64,000 nucleotides of DNA from Mobula hypostoma (lineage: Eukaryota). The notes beneath the pieces were generated by a model. The model saw only the letters and a program-made list of their open reading frames with translations. It was not told the origin of the DNA and did not search any database. The stretch spans positions 86,058,001 through 86,122,000 of the forward strand of contig NC_086108.1 in the NCBI RefSeq assembly GCF_963921235.1, read 5' to 3'. Of this stretch, positions 13,475 to 25,482 are shown in pieces. Both the position numbers and the translations under genes were made by a program. Each line of letters begins with the position of its first letter. Positions within the stretch are counted from its first letter, which is position 1.

Positions 13475-13962
13475 CTTTATACTTTATTCTTTATTGTCGC
13501 CAAACAATTGATACTAGAACGTACAATCATCACAGCGATACTTGATTCTGCGCTTCCCACTCCCTGGATTACAAATTAGTAAATATTAAAAATTTAAATT
13601 ATAAATCATAAATAGAAAATAGAAAAATGGAAAGTAAGGTAGTGCAAAAAAACCGAGAGGCAGGTCCAGATATTTGGAGGGTACGGCCCAGATCCAGGTC
13701 AGGATCCTTTCAGCAGTCTTATCACAGCTGGAAAGAAGCTGTTCCCAAATCTGGCCGTACGATTCTTCAAGCTCCTGAACCTTCTCCCGGAGGGAAGAGG
13801 GACGAAAAGTGCGTTGGCTGAGTGGGTCGTGTCCTTGATTATCCTGGCAGCACTGCTCCGACAGCGTGCGGTGTAAAGTGAATCCAAGGATGGAAGATCG
13901 GTTTCTGCGATGTGCTGCGCCGTGTTCACCATATTCTGCAGCTTCTTTCAGTCTTGGTCAGG
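13475..13962 (-). mobile_element. Rex1/Babar LINE 3' fragment
   Basis: ORF 13699-13932(-): AQHIAETDLPSLDSLYTARC...IIKDTTH...LFVPLPSGRRFRSL...RFGNSFFPAVIRLL, the typical Rex1/Babar ORF C-terminus. Confidence 0.85.
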
Positions 13963-14097
13963 TAGTGATTATTATTCATCTACTGTATAAGCTCACTTTT
14001 AGTTAGTTTAAAATATAAATGGAGATATTATCCTTTTTCAAGGTCATATGTTCCTTTAAATAAAACAACATCCAAGTTATTTTTGCTTACTTAGATT

Positions 14098-14366
14098 GGG
14101 GTGGCATGGCACCATAGTGGTTAGCACAGCACGTTACAGCGCGAATGACCCTGGTTTAATTCTTGCCGCTGCCAGTCAAGAGTTTGTACCTTTTCCTGGT
14201 GACCATATGGGTTTCCTCCCACAGTCCAAGGACATACACTGGTAGGCTAATTGGTCATTGTAAATTGTCCAGTGATTAGGCTAGGATTAAATTGGGGGAT
14301 TGCTGTGCTGTGTGGCTCGAAGGGTCTGGAAGGGCTTGTTCTGCGCTGTATTTCAGTAAATAATAA
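14098..14366 (+). mobile_element. tRNA-derived V-SINE (HE1-like) with CR1-like 3' tail
   Basis: Decayed tRNA head (TGGC..TAGTGGTTAGC), V-domain-like core (GAGTTTGTAC...GGTTTCCTCCCACAGTCCAAGGAC...TAATTGG) and tail GAAGGGCTTGTTCTGCGCTGTA resembling the CR1 3' ends in this window. Confidence 0.75.
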
Positions 14367-14456
14367 CAAAATACTAACTAAGCAGAGAACTTGGTGTTTT
14401 TAAATTGTCCTATTTTATATTAACCCCCCCCCCCACCTTGGATTTTGGTCCACTTT

Positions 14457-15690
14457 AGATTCATAGAATTATATAGCATGGAAACCCTTCCTTCTTCCCA
14501 ACTCGTCTATGCTGACCAAGGTGTTCTCCTGAACTAACCTCATTTGTGTACACTTGGCTCACTTCCCTCGAGCTTTCCCATCCATGGGCTTGTCCAAATG
14601 TCTGTTAAATGTTGTTACTGTACACACCTCTATGATTTGCTCCAGTGGCTCATGCCATAAATCCATCATCTCTGTGTGGACCCTCAGGTCCCCAGTAAAT
14701 CTTTCCACTCTCAACTTAAATTGATGCTCTTTATTGTTAAACTCTCCAACCCTGGAAAAAAGACTGTGACCATGCACTTTACATATGCCCCTCATGATTA
14801 CATTGTATCTACCTCTGTAAAATCAACCCTCTGCTTCCTTCATTCTAGGGAAAACAGTCCCAGCCTATCCAGCCTCTGCAGTCCCGGCAATGTCCTTGTG
14901 AAGCTTTCCTGTACTCTCTCAAACTTAATCATATCCTTTCTTTGAGATGTCAACCAGAAATGCACACAATATTCCAGGTGTGCTCTCAGCAGTGCTATGC
15001 ACAGCCATAACATGATGTCCCACATCTTGTCCTCACTACTGCCTCCAGCAAAGGCAAGCCTTCTTCAACATTTTGTCTACCTATGTGTCCATGCTCTGGG
15101 AACTATATAGCAGTAGTGCAATCATTCGTGTCAAGTATGATGTTCTCCAAAGAGGTTGTCTATTGATAGTCCTTCAGGTGGCTTGGAAAGCTAGTCTGGA
15201 ATCCACATATTTTGCCCTTAATGGAGAATGCCTGTGCATGACTTTTTTTTTAATATGCAGAGGCTGATACATGGGCAGCCACCACACGGTCCTTGACAGA
15301 TCGCAGTCAGGGTCCAGTGGTGTGGAATGCAAGATGACTGGGGATCCTTCACTGCTGTACCTTCCTCTGCTATCATTATCACTGTGATGCATCATCATCT
15401 TCTGCCAACTCCACCATTGAGATCTTGGTTGGAATGCTCTTTGTCTGGGAAATTCCCTTGACCTTATCACCATGGGTGACCCTACCAAGAGCTAAACTCC
15501 AGATGGCATTGCTCTCTGGATCTGAGGAACTCACAAGCCTCCCCACCATGACAAGGTGACGATTCTCAGAGAAGGGAACTATGTACTTCTGCCCCTTCGT
15601 CTCTCTTCTACAACACACACTTGGGCCCTGCCATGCAAGGTGCAAGTGCTGACCTGCTTTAATTTCCCAAAATGCATCACTTCACATTCG
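14457..15690 (-). mobile_element. Old CR1 3' fragment, interrupted by the RTE-like insert at 15110-15573
   Basis: ORFs 14840-15025 (LRAHLEYCVHFW...RLGLFSLE) and 14559-14795. CR1 sequence resumes after 15585. Confidence 0.8.
15110..15573 (-). mobile_element. Non-autonomous bipartite RTE-like retroelement with TSD
   Basis: Minus strand opens with CACCTTGTCATGGTGGGGAGGCTTGTGAGTTCC...GGGTCACCCATGG, resembling RTE-clade 5' UTRs (recalled motif). Flanked by GGGAACTATATA (15098-15109) and GGGAACTATGTA (15574-15585). No RT coding. Confidence 0.7.
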
Positions 15691-16129
15691 TTGATTAATA
15701 TTTCCTTCCTCTCACACTATCACAGTCCGACCTCTTGGTTCTCTCATATCCTCTTTCTCTGCATTACCTCTCACAATCTGAATGAGTGTCATTAACTTGA
15801 TTTCCGTCTCTCTACAAATTTGCTGCCTGACCTGCTGTGTACTTCACACATTTTCTGTTTATTTTTCAGATTTCCAGCAGCATCTCATGGTACTTTGTTA
15901 TGTAATTTTACAGCAAGTCTGATGTATTTTATTTCTTTACAGTAGAAGTATTTTATCAGTAATGATGAATATTGCTAGTGTTAAAGTTAGTGATCTTCCA
16001 CAGATACCAACTCAGGTAAGTGAAGTCAATCACTTCTTCAATATCAGAGCATTTTTGTTTCATAGGAGTTGACTTGCATCGTCCTTTTATCGATTGAATG
16101 AATGATGTGGTGCAGCAACGGAGTCCTCT

Positions 16130-16748
16130 ACACAAGCAAGAGGAAATCTGCAGATGCTGGAAATCCGAGCAACACACACAAAATGCTGGAGGAACTCAGC
16201 AGGCCAGGCAGCATCTATAGAAAAAAGTACAGTTAATGTTTCAGGCTGAAACCCTTCGGCAGGACTGGAGAAAAGTAGCTGAGGAGCAGATTTAAAAGGT
16301 GGGAGGAGGAGAGAGAAAAACGCCAGGCAATAAGTGAAACTTGGAGGGGGGTGGATGAAGCAAAGAGCTAGGAAGTTGATTGGTGAAAGAGACAGAGGGC
16401 AATGGAAGAAAGAGAAAGGGGGGTGGGGAAGAGCCACAGAGGGAGGCGATAGGCAGGCAAGGAGATAACATGAGAGAGGGACAAAGGGATAAGAAATGGT
16501 GGAGTGGGGGGAGGCATTACTGGAAGTTTGAGAAATCAATGTTCTTGCCATCAGCTTGGAGGCTGATATCCCGAATGGAATATAAGGTGTTGTTCCTCCA
16601 ACTTAAGTGTGGCCTTATCCTGACAGTGGAGGCGACATATTGGAATGGGAATGGGAAGTGGAATTAAAATGAGTGGCCACTGAGAGATTCCACTTGTTCT
16701 GGAGGATGGAGTGTAGATGCTTGGTGAAGCAGTCTCCCAATCTCCCAA
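16130..16748 (-). mobile_element. Penelope-like element 3' fragment (GIY-YIG C-terminus, 3' UTR, decayed hammerhead)
   Basis: ORF 16551-16748(-) contains ATLKLEEQHLIFH. Terminal GATGCTGCCTGGCCTGCTGAGTTCCTCCAGCA tail is shared with the other copies. Confidence 0.85.
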
Positions 16749-16979
16749 TCAAGTTGTATACTCTTGTGACTTTTATTGTATATGTGTCTTTGACTCAGGG
16801 AATCGGATATGAAGATGGTCAGTAACTTTAAATTCATTGGTGTTATCATATCTCCAAAGTACACATGAGAATCAAAGTACATATATGTCCTCATATATAA
16901 TCCTAAGATTGATTTTTTTGTGGGCATTCAAAGCAACCACCCCTCGTGCAGATGAGATCATTTTAGATCTGTGTTACAG

Positions 16980-17848
16980 GTTCAAACTTCAAAGTTCAAA
17001 GTAAATTCTCTATCAAAATACATATATATCACCAGATACAATCTTAAGATTCATTTTCTTGCAAGCATTCACAGTAAATACAAGAAATGTAATAGAATCA
17101 ATGAAAGACCACACCCAGCAGAACAAACAACCGATGTGTAAAAGGCAACAACTGTTCAAATACAAAAAGAATGAAAAAAAGAAATAATATTAAATAAATA
17201 AGCAAAAAATATTGAGAACATGAGATAAAGAGTCCTTGAAAATAAGTCCATTGGTTGTGGGAACAGTTCAGTGATGGGGTAAGTGAAATTGAATGAAGTT
17301 GTCCCCTGTGATTCAAGAGACTGATGACTGAGTAATAACTGTTCCTGAATGTGATAGTGTGGGTCCTGAGGCTTCTGTACCTTTTTTCTGATGGCAGTAG
17401 TGAGAAGAGAGTATGACCTGGGCAGTGGGGGTCATTGATGATGGATGCTGCTTAACTGCAACAGTGTTTTGTGTAGATGTGCTCAGTGGTGGGGAGAGCT
17501 TTACCAGTGATGGACTGGACTGTATCCAGTACTTTTTGCAGGCATTTCCAATCAAGGATATTGCTGTTTCTATACCAGACCATGATGCAACCAGTCAATA
17601 TATTTTCCACCACTCACCTATTGAAGTTTGTCAAAACTTTACATAACAGGCTGAATTTTCACAAACTTCTAATCCAGTAGAGTTTTTGTTGTGCTTTCTT
17701 TATAATGGCACTAATGTGCTGGACCCAGGACGGATTCTCTGAAATGATGACACAGAGGAGTTTAAAGCAGCTGACCCTCATCATCTCTAATTCCCCAGTG
17801 AAGACTGGCTCATGGACCTATGGTTTCCTCCTCCTGAAGTCAATAATG
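16980..17848 (-). mobile_element. Rex1/Babar LINE 3' fragment, decayed
   Basis: Decayed ORF C-terminus, and a 3' UTR ending in (ACTTTGA)-like repeats at about 16980-17000. Confidence 0.7.
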
Positions 17849-17859
17849 GGCTATCTTGG

Positions 17860-18570
17860 GGCCTGCATTACAAAGAATGCACGGGAGCATATATTAGCTG
17901 ATTCACCTCATGATCTGGTATGGAAACACCAAAGCCCTTGAAAGGAAATGCTTACAAAAAGTCATGGATACAGCCTAGTCAATTAATGGTAAAGCACTCC
18001 CCAACAATGAGCACATTTACACAGAGCAGAATAGGCACATTATCTAAAACTTTGACAACCTTCTATAGATACACAGTGGAGAGTATCCTGACCGGTTGTA
18101 TCATAGCCCGATATTGAAGCACCGATGCCCAAGAATGGAAAAGTCTACAAAAAGTGGTACACAGCCAAGTCTGGGTCACAGCTAAAGCTGTCCCCAACAC
18201 TGAGCAAATTTACAAGGAGCACTATCGCAGGAAAGTGCATCCATCATCAACAGCCATCCAGGTCATGCTCCTTTCTCACTGTTGCCATCAGGAAGGAGGT
18301 TCAGGAGCCTTAGGTCCCAAACCACCAGGTTTTGGAGCAGGCATTGCTCCTCAACATCAAGCTCCTAAACCAGAGTGGATAACTTCACCCACCCCAAAAC
18401 AGAACTGATCCCACAACCAATGGACTCACTTTCAAGGACTCTACAACTCATGTTCTCATTATTTATTTATTTATTGCATTTGCACTATTTGCCTTTTTTT
18501 ACACTTTGGTTGTTTTTCCATCTTTGTGTGTAGTTATTCAGTGGCTGATGAATGTCATCTTTAACTTTGG
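17860..18570 (+). mobile_element. Rex1/Babar LINE 3' fragment(s), head-to-head with the previous one
   Basis: SKTLTTFYRYTVESILTGCIIA (17920-18117) followed by the family 3' UTR. Confidence 0.75.
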
Positions 18571-20870
18571 ACACAAATTGTTCTGATGTTTTATTTCATT
18601 ATGAAATAGAACAAGGAACATAACTCTACAGTACTATCTCAGTCATTTTGCATTGTGATTAAAAAAAATGAATATGCCACATCACCTGCGATCATTCGAT
18701 GTCTTAATTGCTTTCCTAAGTGAAGCCTTTTATTTGTTCCTCATCATCTTCTACTCCCATGTTATCTCAGTGAAGTCCTTTGCAACTTCATTCTGAGTTA
18801 CTGAGAGGGGAGAATGACTTCTCCATCAGTCTCCAATCATTGCGTGAATATTTGGCTTTTCAACAACTGACTCATAGTTTTACATCCTTTCAAATTCTCT
18901 TTGTTTTAAAATCACAGTGATCAAATACAACAATTTTCCAATTACTTCTTTGTGAGGAAAAAATGTGAAGAAAAAAAGTCCTGAACTGTTTAACTGTCGG
19001 TAAAAGAAGGACAAGAATGCACACTAGTCCTAGTAAAACAAAGGCTCATTTAAATGAAATAGTTTAGAACGTAAAGCATTTAACCTCTTCAAATATTTTG
19101 TTAATTAAATTGGTTGTAAATTGATGAGAAGCTGGAGAAGGATACAACCTTTCTTTCTCTGTAGTTAATGATTTGAATCCTGTTCAGTTTTACAGTGTGG
19201 TTCACACTGACATTCATTATCTTTTAATCCTTTGATACTGAATTTGCCACTGACCATTCTCATCAGGGAAAAGTTTGTCAGCTACTTCAAACTCAGTTAT
19301 GTCTTCCGCTTTTTTCTGTGCATTGCGCACTTTTTCTGGATCGTATATGCAACTATTTCATTTTACAAATAAATTCCTTTTTTTATGAAACAAAATCTCT
19401 AGTGACAAGGTATTACTTTACATTTTTACTCTTGGTTCAAGCAAAATAAATAATTCGATGTGTGGATAAAGTTGTGCTGCAATGGGATTTAATGTCGAAG
19501 GGAAGGCTGTGTGACTGAGTGATAACAAGCACAGAGATGTTATAAAAAAAATAAAACAGCCAAACGGTTCTAGTGTTACATGATTGATTATTCATATCTA
19601 AAGCCTGTCTGTCCAAGTATGTTGCCTTTCCATTAAAATATTTCTGTGAAATGAGACAACCAGCCATTCCAGGCATAGACCTCATGTAGTGCTCTGTTCA
19701 GGCATCAAGTATGAATGAGTGAAAGATAGGAACACAGTCTTGTATGGTGCCTATCGCACCATCTTGTCTTTGGTTGTGTTTTTGAGATCATTTGTTTTCA
19801 TATTATTCCTGGGATTGGATTTGTAGCTGATTTCCCCCTTTATACCTTATCAAAAGAAGTATTTTGTCTTTCCCCTCACTAGATGAAAGGTTAAAACAGC
19901 TTGTGAAGTATTTGTTTGGTGGGGACTAGAAAGCTATAGTAGGTGACGTGAGTTGGTTGGGAAAACAATTCACAATTCAAGAGTAAATTGAAGTTTAAAT
20001 ATAGAAATCCAAACACCTGGTGCCAAGGAATGCTCAGGAAGTACTGTCAGTGAGTACCCATACTGAGCACACTAGATATATTTAGTATTAAATGTGTTGT
20101 GTGTTAGATCACTGATTTTGGCAAGGCTGTTTTAATTGGTCTTTATTCCTTTAGGTTGCATCATTCCTATTTCTGAATATTTCAGTGATATAGACTAATG
20201 ATGGCTTGAGCATGGGTTAAAGATGTGACTGGCCTTAACTCTAATGTGCCCTGTGGCTCAGAGTGCCGACAAGCTTCACACATCATAATGAGCCCTTAAT
20301 TGAGATGTTGCATGCTCATAGAATTATACCCCAGTAAGGAGGTTCTGCCTTCTGGATATAAAATAGGTTGGCAGTTTGGCAAAGAGAGTCCGGGATAAAA
20401 ATAGTTCAGAGAACAGGAAAACCACAAACACCTTAATTATCTTTTTAATGTTGGCAAAGAACCAGCAGTCTAGGTGTCTGCTTTAGCTTGCTGATGACTT
20501 GCTCTAAGCAATTGAAACAATGAATATTTATGATTTTAAGAAGGGTGGAAATAGAGGGAAAAACTGCAGTAGCATGTTCAAATATAGAATGGCCATATTA
20601 TTTGTCATTTGCAGAACTAAATGTAAAGCCTTCAAGAAATGGGTGATCCTGTGAAGGGTAGGAGCACGTACAGACCAAGTATATTAATATTGCCATGTAT
20701 TCTGTTGAAAGAGGGAGGCATGGTGCCTTTGGAACAATATACATGCCTGGGCCACTGAGCACACTCTGAAGAGAAATACAAATCATTTAAAGTAAAACCA
20801 CTCAGCTAGAAAACTACATTCTATTAAACTGGTAACTAAAACCTTCATGTATATTCAGCAATAGTAACCA

Positions 20871-21185
20871 TGTGTGTGGGCATGTGGCCAAGTGGTTAAG
20901 GCATTGGACTAGCAACCTGAAGGTCGTGAGTTCGAGCCCCAGCCGAGGGGACGTGTTGCGTCCTTGAGCAAGGCACTTAATCACACATTGCTCTACGACG
21001 ACACTGGTGCCAAGCTGTATGGGTCCTAATGCCCTTCCCTTGGACAACATTGGTGTCGTGGAGAGGAGAGACTTGCAGCATGGGCAACTGCTGGTCTTCC
21101 ATACAACCTTGCCCAGGCCTGTGCCCTGGAGAGTGAAGTCTTTCCAGGCGCAGATCCATGGTCTCGCAAGACTAATGGATGCCTT
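20871..21185 (+). mobile_element. tRNA-derived SINE with RTE-like 3' half and 9-bp TSD
   Basis: Pol III A box TGGCCAAGTGG (20885-20895) and B box GTTCGAGCC (20930-20938). Core GTCCTTGAGCAAGGCACTTAA. TSD TAGTAACCA at 20862-20870 and 21186-21194. The 3' part is shared with about 27147-27325. Confidence 0.88.
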
Positions 21186-21589
21186 TAGTAACCAAGGTTA
21201 ACTTTTCTTCCTTTTCTCAGAATAAAGTCCAAAATTCTTGGTCTCAAATGAATTTCCCAAGTCAAAACTGTATTCCACAAGGAGTACGTTCAACGACAAC
21301 TTCAGACTCTAGTCTGTCACGGTCTGCACTCCCAGGACCGGACCCAAGTGCAGAGGAAGGGGGGGGGTCCCTCTGTCACAGTAGCCGCTGGCACTAGCTC
21401 AACCCAGGGGCAGGGGAAGACGGCCTCAGTAACGCAAAGTGCTGACAACAACTTGATGGCAGCAGATTCCCCATGAAGAGACGGAAACAAAAGGTTCGAT
21501 GTAGGAATACCAGCAGAGCCTCGAAGGAACATCTGAGCTACACCACAAGACGAATCATTCTCTCCAACACAATGATTCTTCTGAGGCCC

Positions 21590-21760
21590 TCCTTCTTCCT
21601 CTGACTCTTAATGGCGGTTGGCAGTCCAACTTAAAGGTGCAGTACCACCACCAACTGGACTGCAGTGTGGCGTAGAGAATTGGGAAATAAAACTCCTACT
21701 AATTCTTCAGCTAAGACACTAAACAAGAGTCTTCTTTAAATAATCAAAGAATGCAGAAAA
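21590..21760 (-). mobile_element. Possible LINE 3' end (Nimb/I-like)
   Basis: Minus strand reads CACACTGCAGTCCAGTTGGTGGTGGTACTGCACC...TGCCAACCGCC...GAGGAAGAAGGAGG, resembling a fish LINE 3' terminus with a GAA-type tail. Recognised from memory only. Confidence 0.35.
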
Positions 21761-22089
21761 AGCTGTGTCAGTCACAAGTAGCTTGACAAGATTAAGCCCT
21801 TGTGCTTTCAGTTTAGTGTTTCCAGTTAAGATAACAATTAGTAACCACAGGTGCTCGAGAAACCTAAAAGCTCAATGCTCTACAGCAAGCCGCAGAAGAT
21901 TGCAGGGTTCTTGGCATAGTTAGCAATGTTCTATATAATTGAAGAAGGTTTGGTTTTGCGAATCCACCAGTAAGTTTGTAAAAAACCCTTGCAGAAATGC
22001 TCACTGCTGCTATTCCAAGTACTGCCCACTGTTAGATTTCTCATGGAGTCTAGCAGATTCCTGTGGCCTCCCTCTAGTTACAGTGAAGT

Positions 22090-22790
22090 ATCTGCCTGGA
22101 CCCCCCACCTTCTTATTCTAGCTTCTTCCCCTTTGCTTTCCAGTCCCGATGAAGAGTCTTGGCCAGAAACAACTATTATTTCCCTCTATAGATGCTGCCT
22201 GACCTGCTGAGTTCCTCCAAAAAAAAGTAGTGCGATGAGGCCACACTCAGGTTGGAGGAACAACACCTTATATTTCATTTGGGTAGCCTCCAACATGATG
22301 GCATGAACATCAATTTCTTGAACTTCCAGTAATTGCCCACCCCTCACCTCTCCTTCACCATTCCCCATTTCCCTCTCTCACCTCATCTCCTTACCTGCCC
22401 ATTACCTCCCTCTGGTGTTTCTCTCCCTTCCCTTTCCTCCATAGTCACCTACCCTTTCCTATCAGATTCCTGCTTCTCCAGCTCTTTTATCTATCAGATT
22501 CCCATCTCTTTACTTCACCCCTCCCCCACTCCCAGTTTCACCTTTCACCTATCACCTACCACCTTGTACTTCTTCTTCCCTTCCCTCCAGCTCATTGGTC
22601 TAACTTTTCATCTTTTTTTCCCCAGTCCTGATGAAGGGTCTCAGCCTGAAATGTTGACTGATTAACTCCTTTCCAAGGATACTGGCCTGCTGAGTTACTT
22701 CAGCACATTGTGTGTTTTGCTTGGATTTCCAGCATCTGCAGGTTTTCTCCTGTTTGAGCTCCTCCAGCATTTTTGTGTTTTGCATCGCAC
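22090..22790 (+). mobile_element. Two tandem Penelope-like 3' fragments (pLTR-like partial tandem)
   Basis: Short 3' end at about 22090-22220, then DEATLRLEEQHLIFHLGSLQ and a second full 3' UTR. Hammerhead-like motifs at 22141-22175 and 22623-22660. Confidence 0.8.
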
Positions 22791-23764
22791 ATGCACAGGA
22801 TCAACAATTTTATCACAGAGAGATGCCTACAATGGAGAGACACAAGCATCAGGTTTTATTTCTGAAATATTAATTGTTTGCAGGTGTTTTCAATAGTTGT
22901 CTACATTGAGTGGTTTAATTTTAAAAAATGAAAACATGTTAAAATGTTTACAGAAAAACCTAATTAAGGTATGATTTATTTTGGTACGTTTGGAATGTTT
23001 GTGATTTTTAGGCTCTTTTACAAACTGCTTTAGACAGCCAATAAACATGGCTTAGAAATCTGCCACAGTTTTTTTGCAATTAGCTCACTTCAGCTTTCAC
23101 AGAGCTTCACCAATCAGGCCAAAGTTGTTACTAAAAGTTCTGCTTCAGGTAAGTGCAGGCCTAATAAGTGGAGGAGTAACAAGCACACTAACTACTCCCA
23201 GGCGACTCTAAAACCAATAAGTTAGGAATATAAAGCTGATTTGTAACCCATATCGTAAAATTATTGTCTCATCTAAATGCTCTAAATGTCAATTGGGGAA
23301 CATGGTCATGCATAATTGGCAGTAAAACTTTAATCACTGGGATAGATAATAATTGTATATGTCGGAATTTAGGGAGTGTCACATACTGAAACTAATAGCC
23401 TGTCATCTTCAACATCCAGTTAGGACTGTTTGCAGAAGGAACGCATGGTAATAACACTGTTAACCAAAAGTACATTTTCTTAACAAGGTATGATGTTTGA
23501 TAACCAAAAGAAAATGGCCAATTACAATATTATGATCACGATTTGTAGATTCACGGTTGGGTCTTGCATTTCTGCATGCTTCCACTCTCCTCTGATGATG
23601 AAACACTGACATTAGCCATGTTGCTTTAACTGTGGGATCATTGACAAATTGATTGCTTTTGTTTCCATTCAGCATCTAGTCATCTTTGGTGCCGTGGACT
23701 TCTCCATTTCCAATAATGTTCACCCTCAATCATCTCCTTAGTTTGTTGGCATTCCCAGTAAGCA

Positions 23765-24260
23765 ATGGTATATTTCATTAGGAGTCTGAGGAGATTTGGT
23801 ACGTCACCAAAGACCCCAGCAAATTTCCACGGATGTACTATTTGAACAGGTGCATCACTGTCTGGTGTGGAGGAGCCACTGTGCAAGATTGGAAAAACAT
23901 TGCAGGGGGTTACAAATTCATTCAGCTCCATCATGGGCACTAGCCTCCCCAGCATCGAGGACATCTTCAAAAGGACATGTTCTCGTCTCATTGCAACCAT
24001 CAGGAAGGAGGTACAGGAGCCTATGGACACACATTCAACATTTTGGGACAGCTTCTTTCACTCTTCCAGCAGATTTCTGAACAGCCAATGACCAACCCAT
24101 GAACACCACCTCACTATTTCTTGCTCTCTTTTTGCACTACGTATTTTATTTATTTTTAATAAATATTTCTTACTGAAAATTTACAGGTTTTTTGTATATT
24201 GCATGATACTGCTTTACATGACATATATCAGTGATATTAAACCTAATTCCTGATTCTGAG
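23765..24260 (+). mobile_element. Rex1/Babar LINE 3' fragment
   Basis: SIMGTSLPSIEDIFKR, QPSGRRYRSL and DSFFHSSSRFLN; tail ending CTGATTCTGA. Confidence 0.8.
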
Positions 24261-25346
24261 CAGAATGAATGCTATGAGCAATTAAATAAAAGAAAAAGTT
24301 TGCTGTTCAGAGGGAACCGTGGATTCCAGCAACCTTGCTATCATTGAGCTAGTTGAACAACCAATGAAATTCAAGAATTCTCATGGACAGCAAATCAGGA
24401 AGAAATAATGCACACTTCTTTGCCAATATTGTGAACATTTTACAGGGTGCTTTGTAACGATTGAAATATGTATGTGAGAATAAGGCAGAAACTGAGATAT
24501 CAAATACATTTATTAATAAATAAATATTTATTACTTTGCAACTTATGTATAAAATACAGATCTTTTTCATAGGACCAATAAGTCTGTCAAATAGTAACAG
24601 CTCACCGTTAAATATTCATAGGCATCAGTGCAATATTTTCATGGTATCTTACAGTGACAGTGGCTATAAATACTTGAATTTATTTTTGATCAATGACAGC
24701 ACTGGAAAAGCTCAAAAAGCATCAAAGCAGCTCAACGTAATGGAAAGCCAGCAATCCAACAGCAATTCTGGACGACCACATTTAGTTATGCGTGCATTAC
24801 CAAATGGGTGGATATTGTCACAGTAAACACCAGTAGGCTTCAGCCTCATTGTAACCTCATTATAATCTAGACTATTATTTGATTCAACAGCAGTTAGCAT
24901 CTGACGTAACAAGCAAATAGAATAACAAAGTAATAAGAAGCTGCTTTAAAACAAAGCTTGCAAAATGATGCCAGAGTCCAGCAATTTGTGGCTCTATTAG
25001 TGGCCACTTAACACTCACAGCAGAATGCTTATCTTGAGGCTGAAATTATCTGAATGCTACTTATAATAGCCTATTTAGTGAACTCGTTAAGTTCTCATGT
25101 CACTGCTTCTTTAGTGCTATTAGAATAGCACACATCAGAACGTTATGTGGTTGTATTAACCAAGATATTAAGAATAATATATGCTGTTTGAGTTTCTGTG
25201 GGTGATGAAACTTTAATACCCTTAATAAGTCAAATAGAACAATACAGTACTGTGCAAAAGTCTTCAGCACCCTACCTATATGTGCCTGACACTTTTACAC
25301 AGTACTGTACATTCTTAAAACACAGAGGAGGAAAGGTTAACTTTTT

Positions 25347-25482
25347 AAACACAAAGTCTGCAGATGCTGGAAATCCAAAGCAACACACAGACACAAAATG
25401 CCAGAGGAACTCAGCAGGTCAGGCAGCACCTACGGAAAGGAATAAACAGTCGATGTTTCGGGCGATACCCTTCTTCAGGACT
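25347..25482 (-). mobile_element. Short Penelope-like 3' end starting at the hammerhead motif
   Basis: Minus strand reads AGTC-CTGAAGA-AGGGTATCGCCC-GAAA-CATC-GACT and then the family tail. Similarity stops just upstream of the motif. Confidence 0.8.

Noticed and set aside
20878..20950. Functional tRNA gene
   Set aside because: A and B boxes are present, but the acceptor stem does not close and there is no oligo-T terminator. It continues into a SINE body bounded by a TSD.
24680..24826. Candidate exon or ORF in unique sequence
   Set aside because: Poor polypyrimidine tract, ambiguous donor and frame, and no recognisable product.
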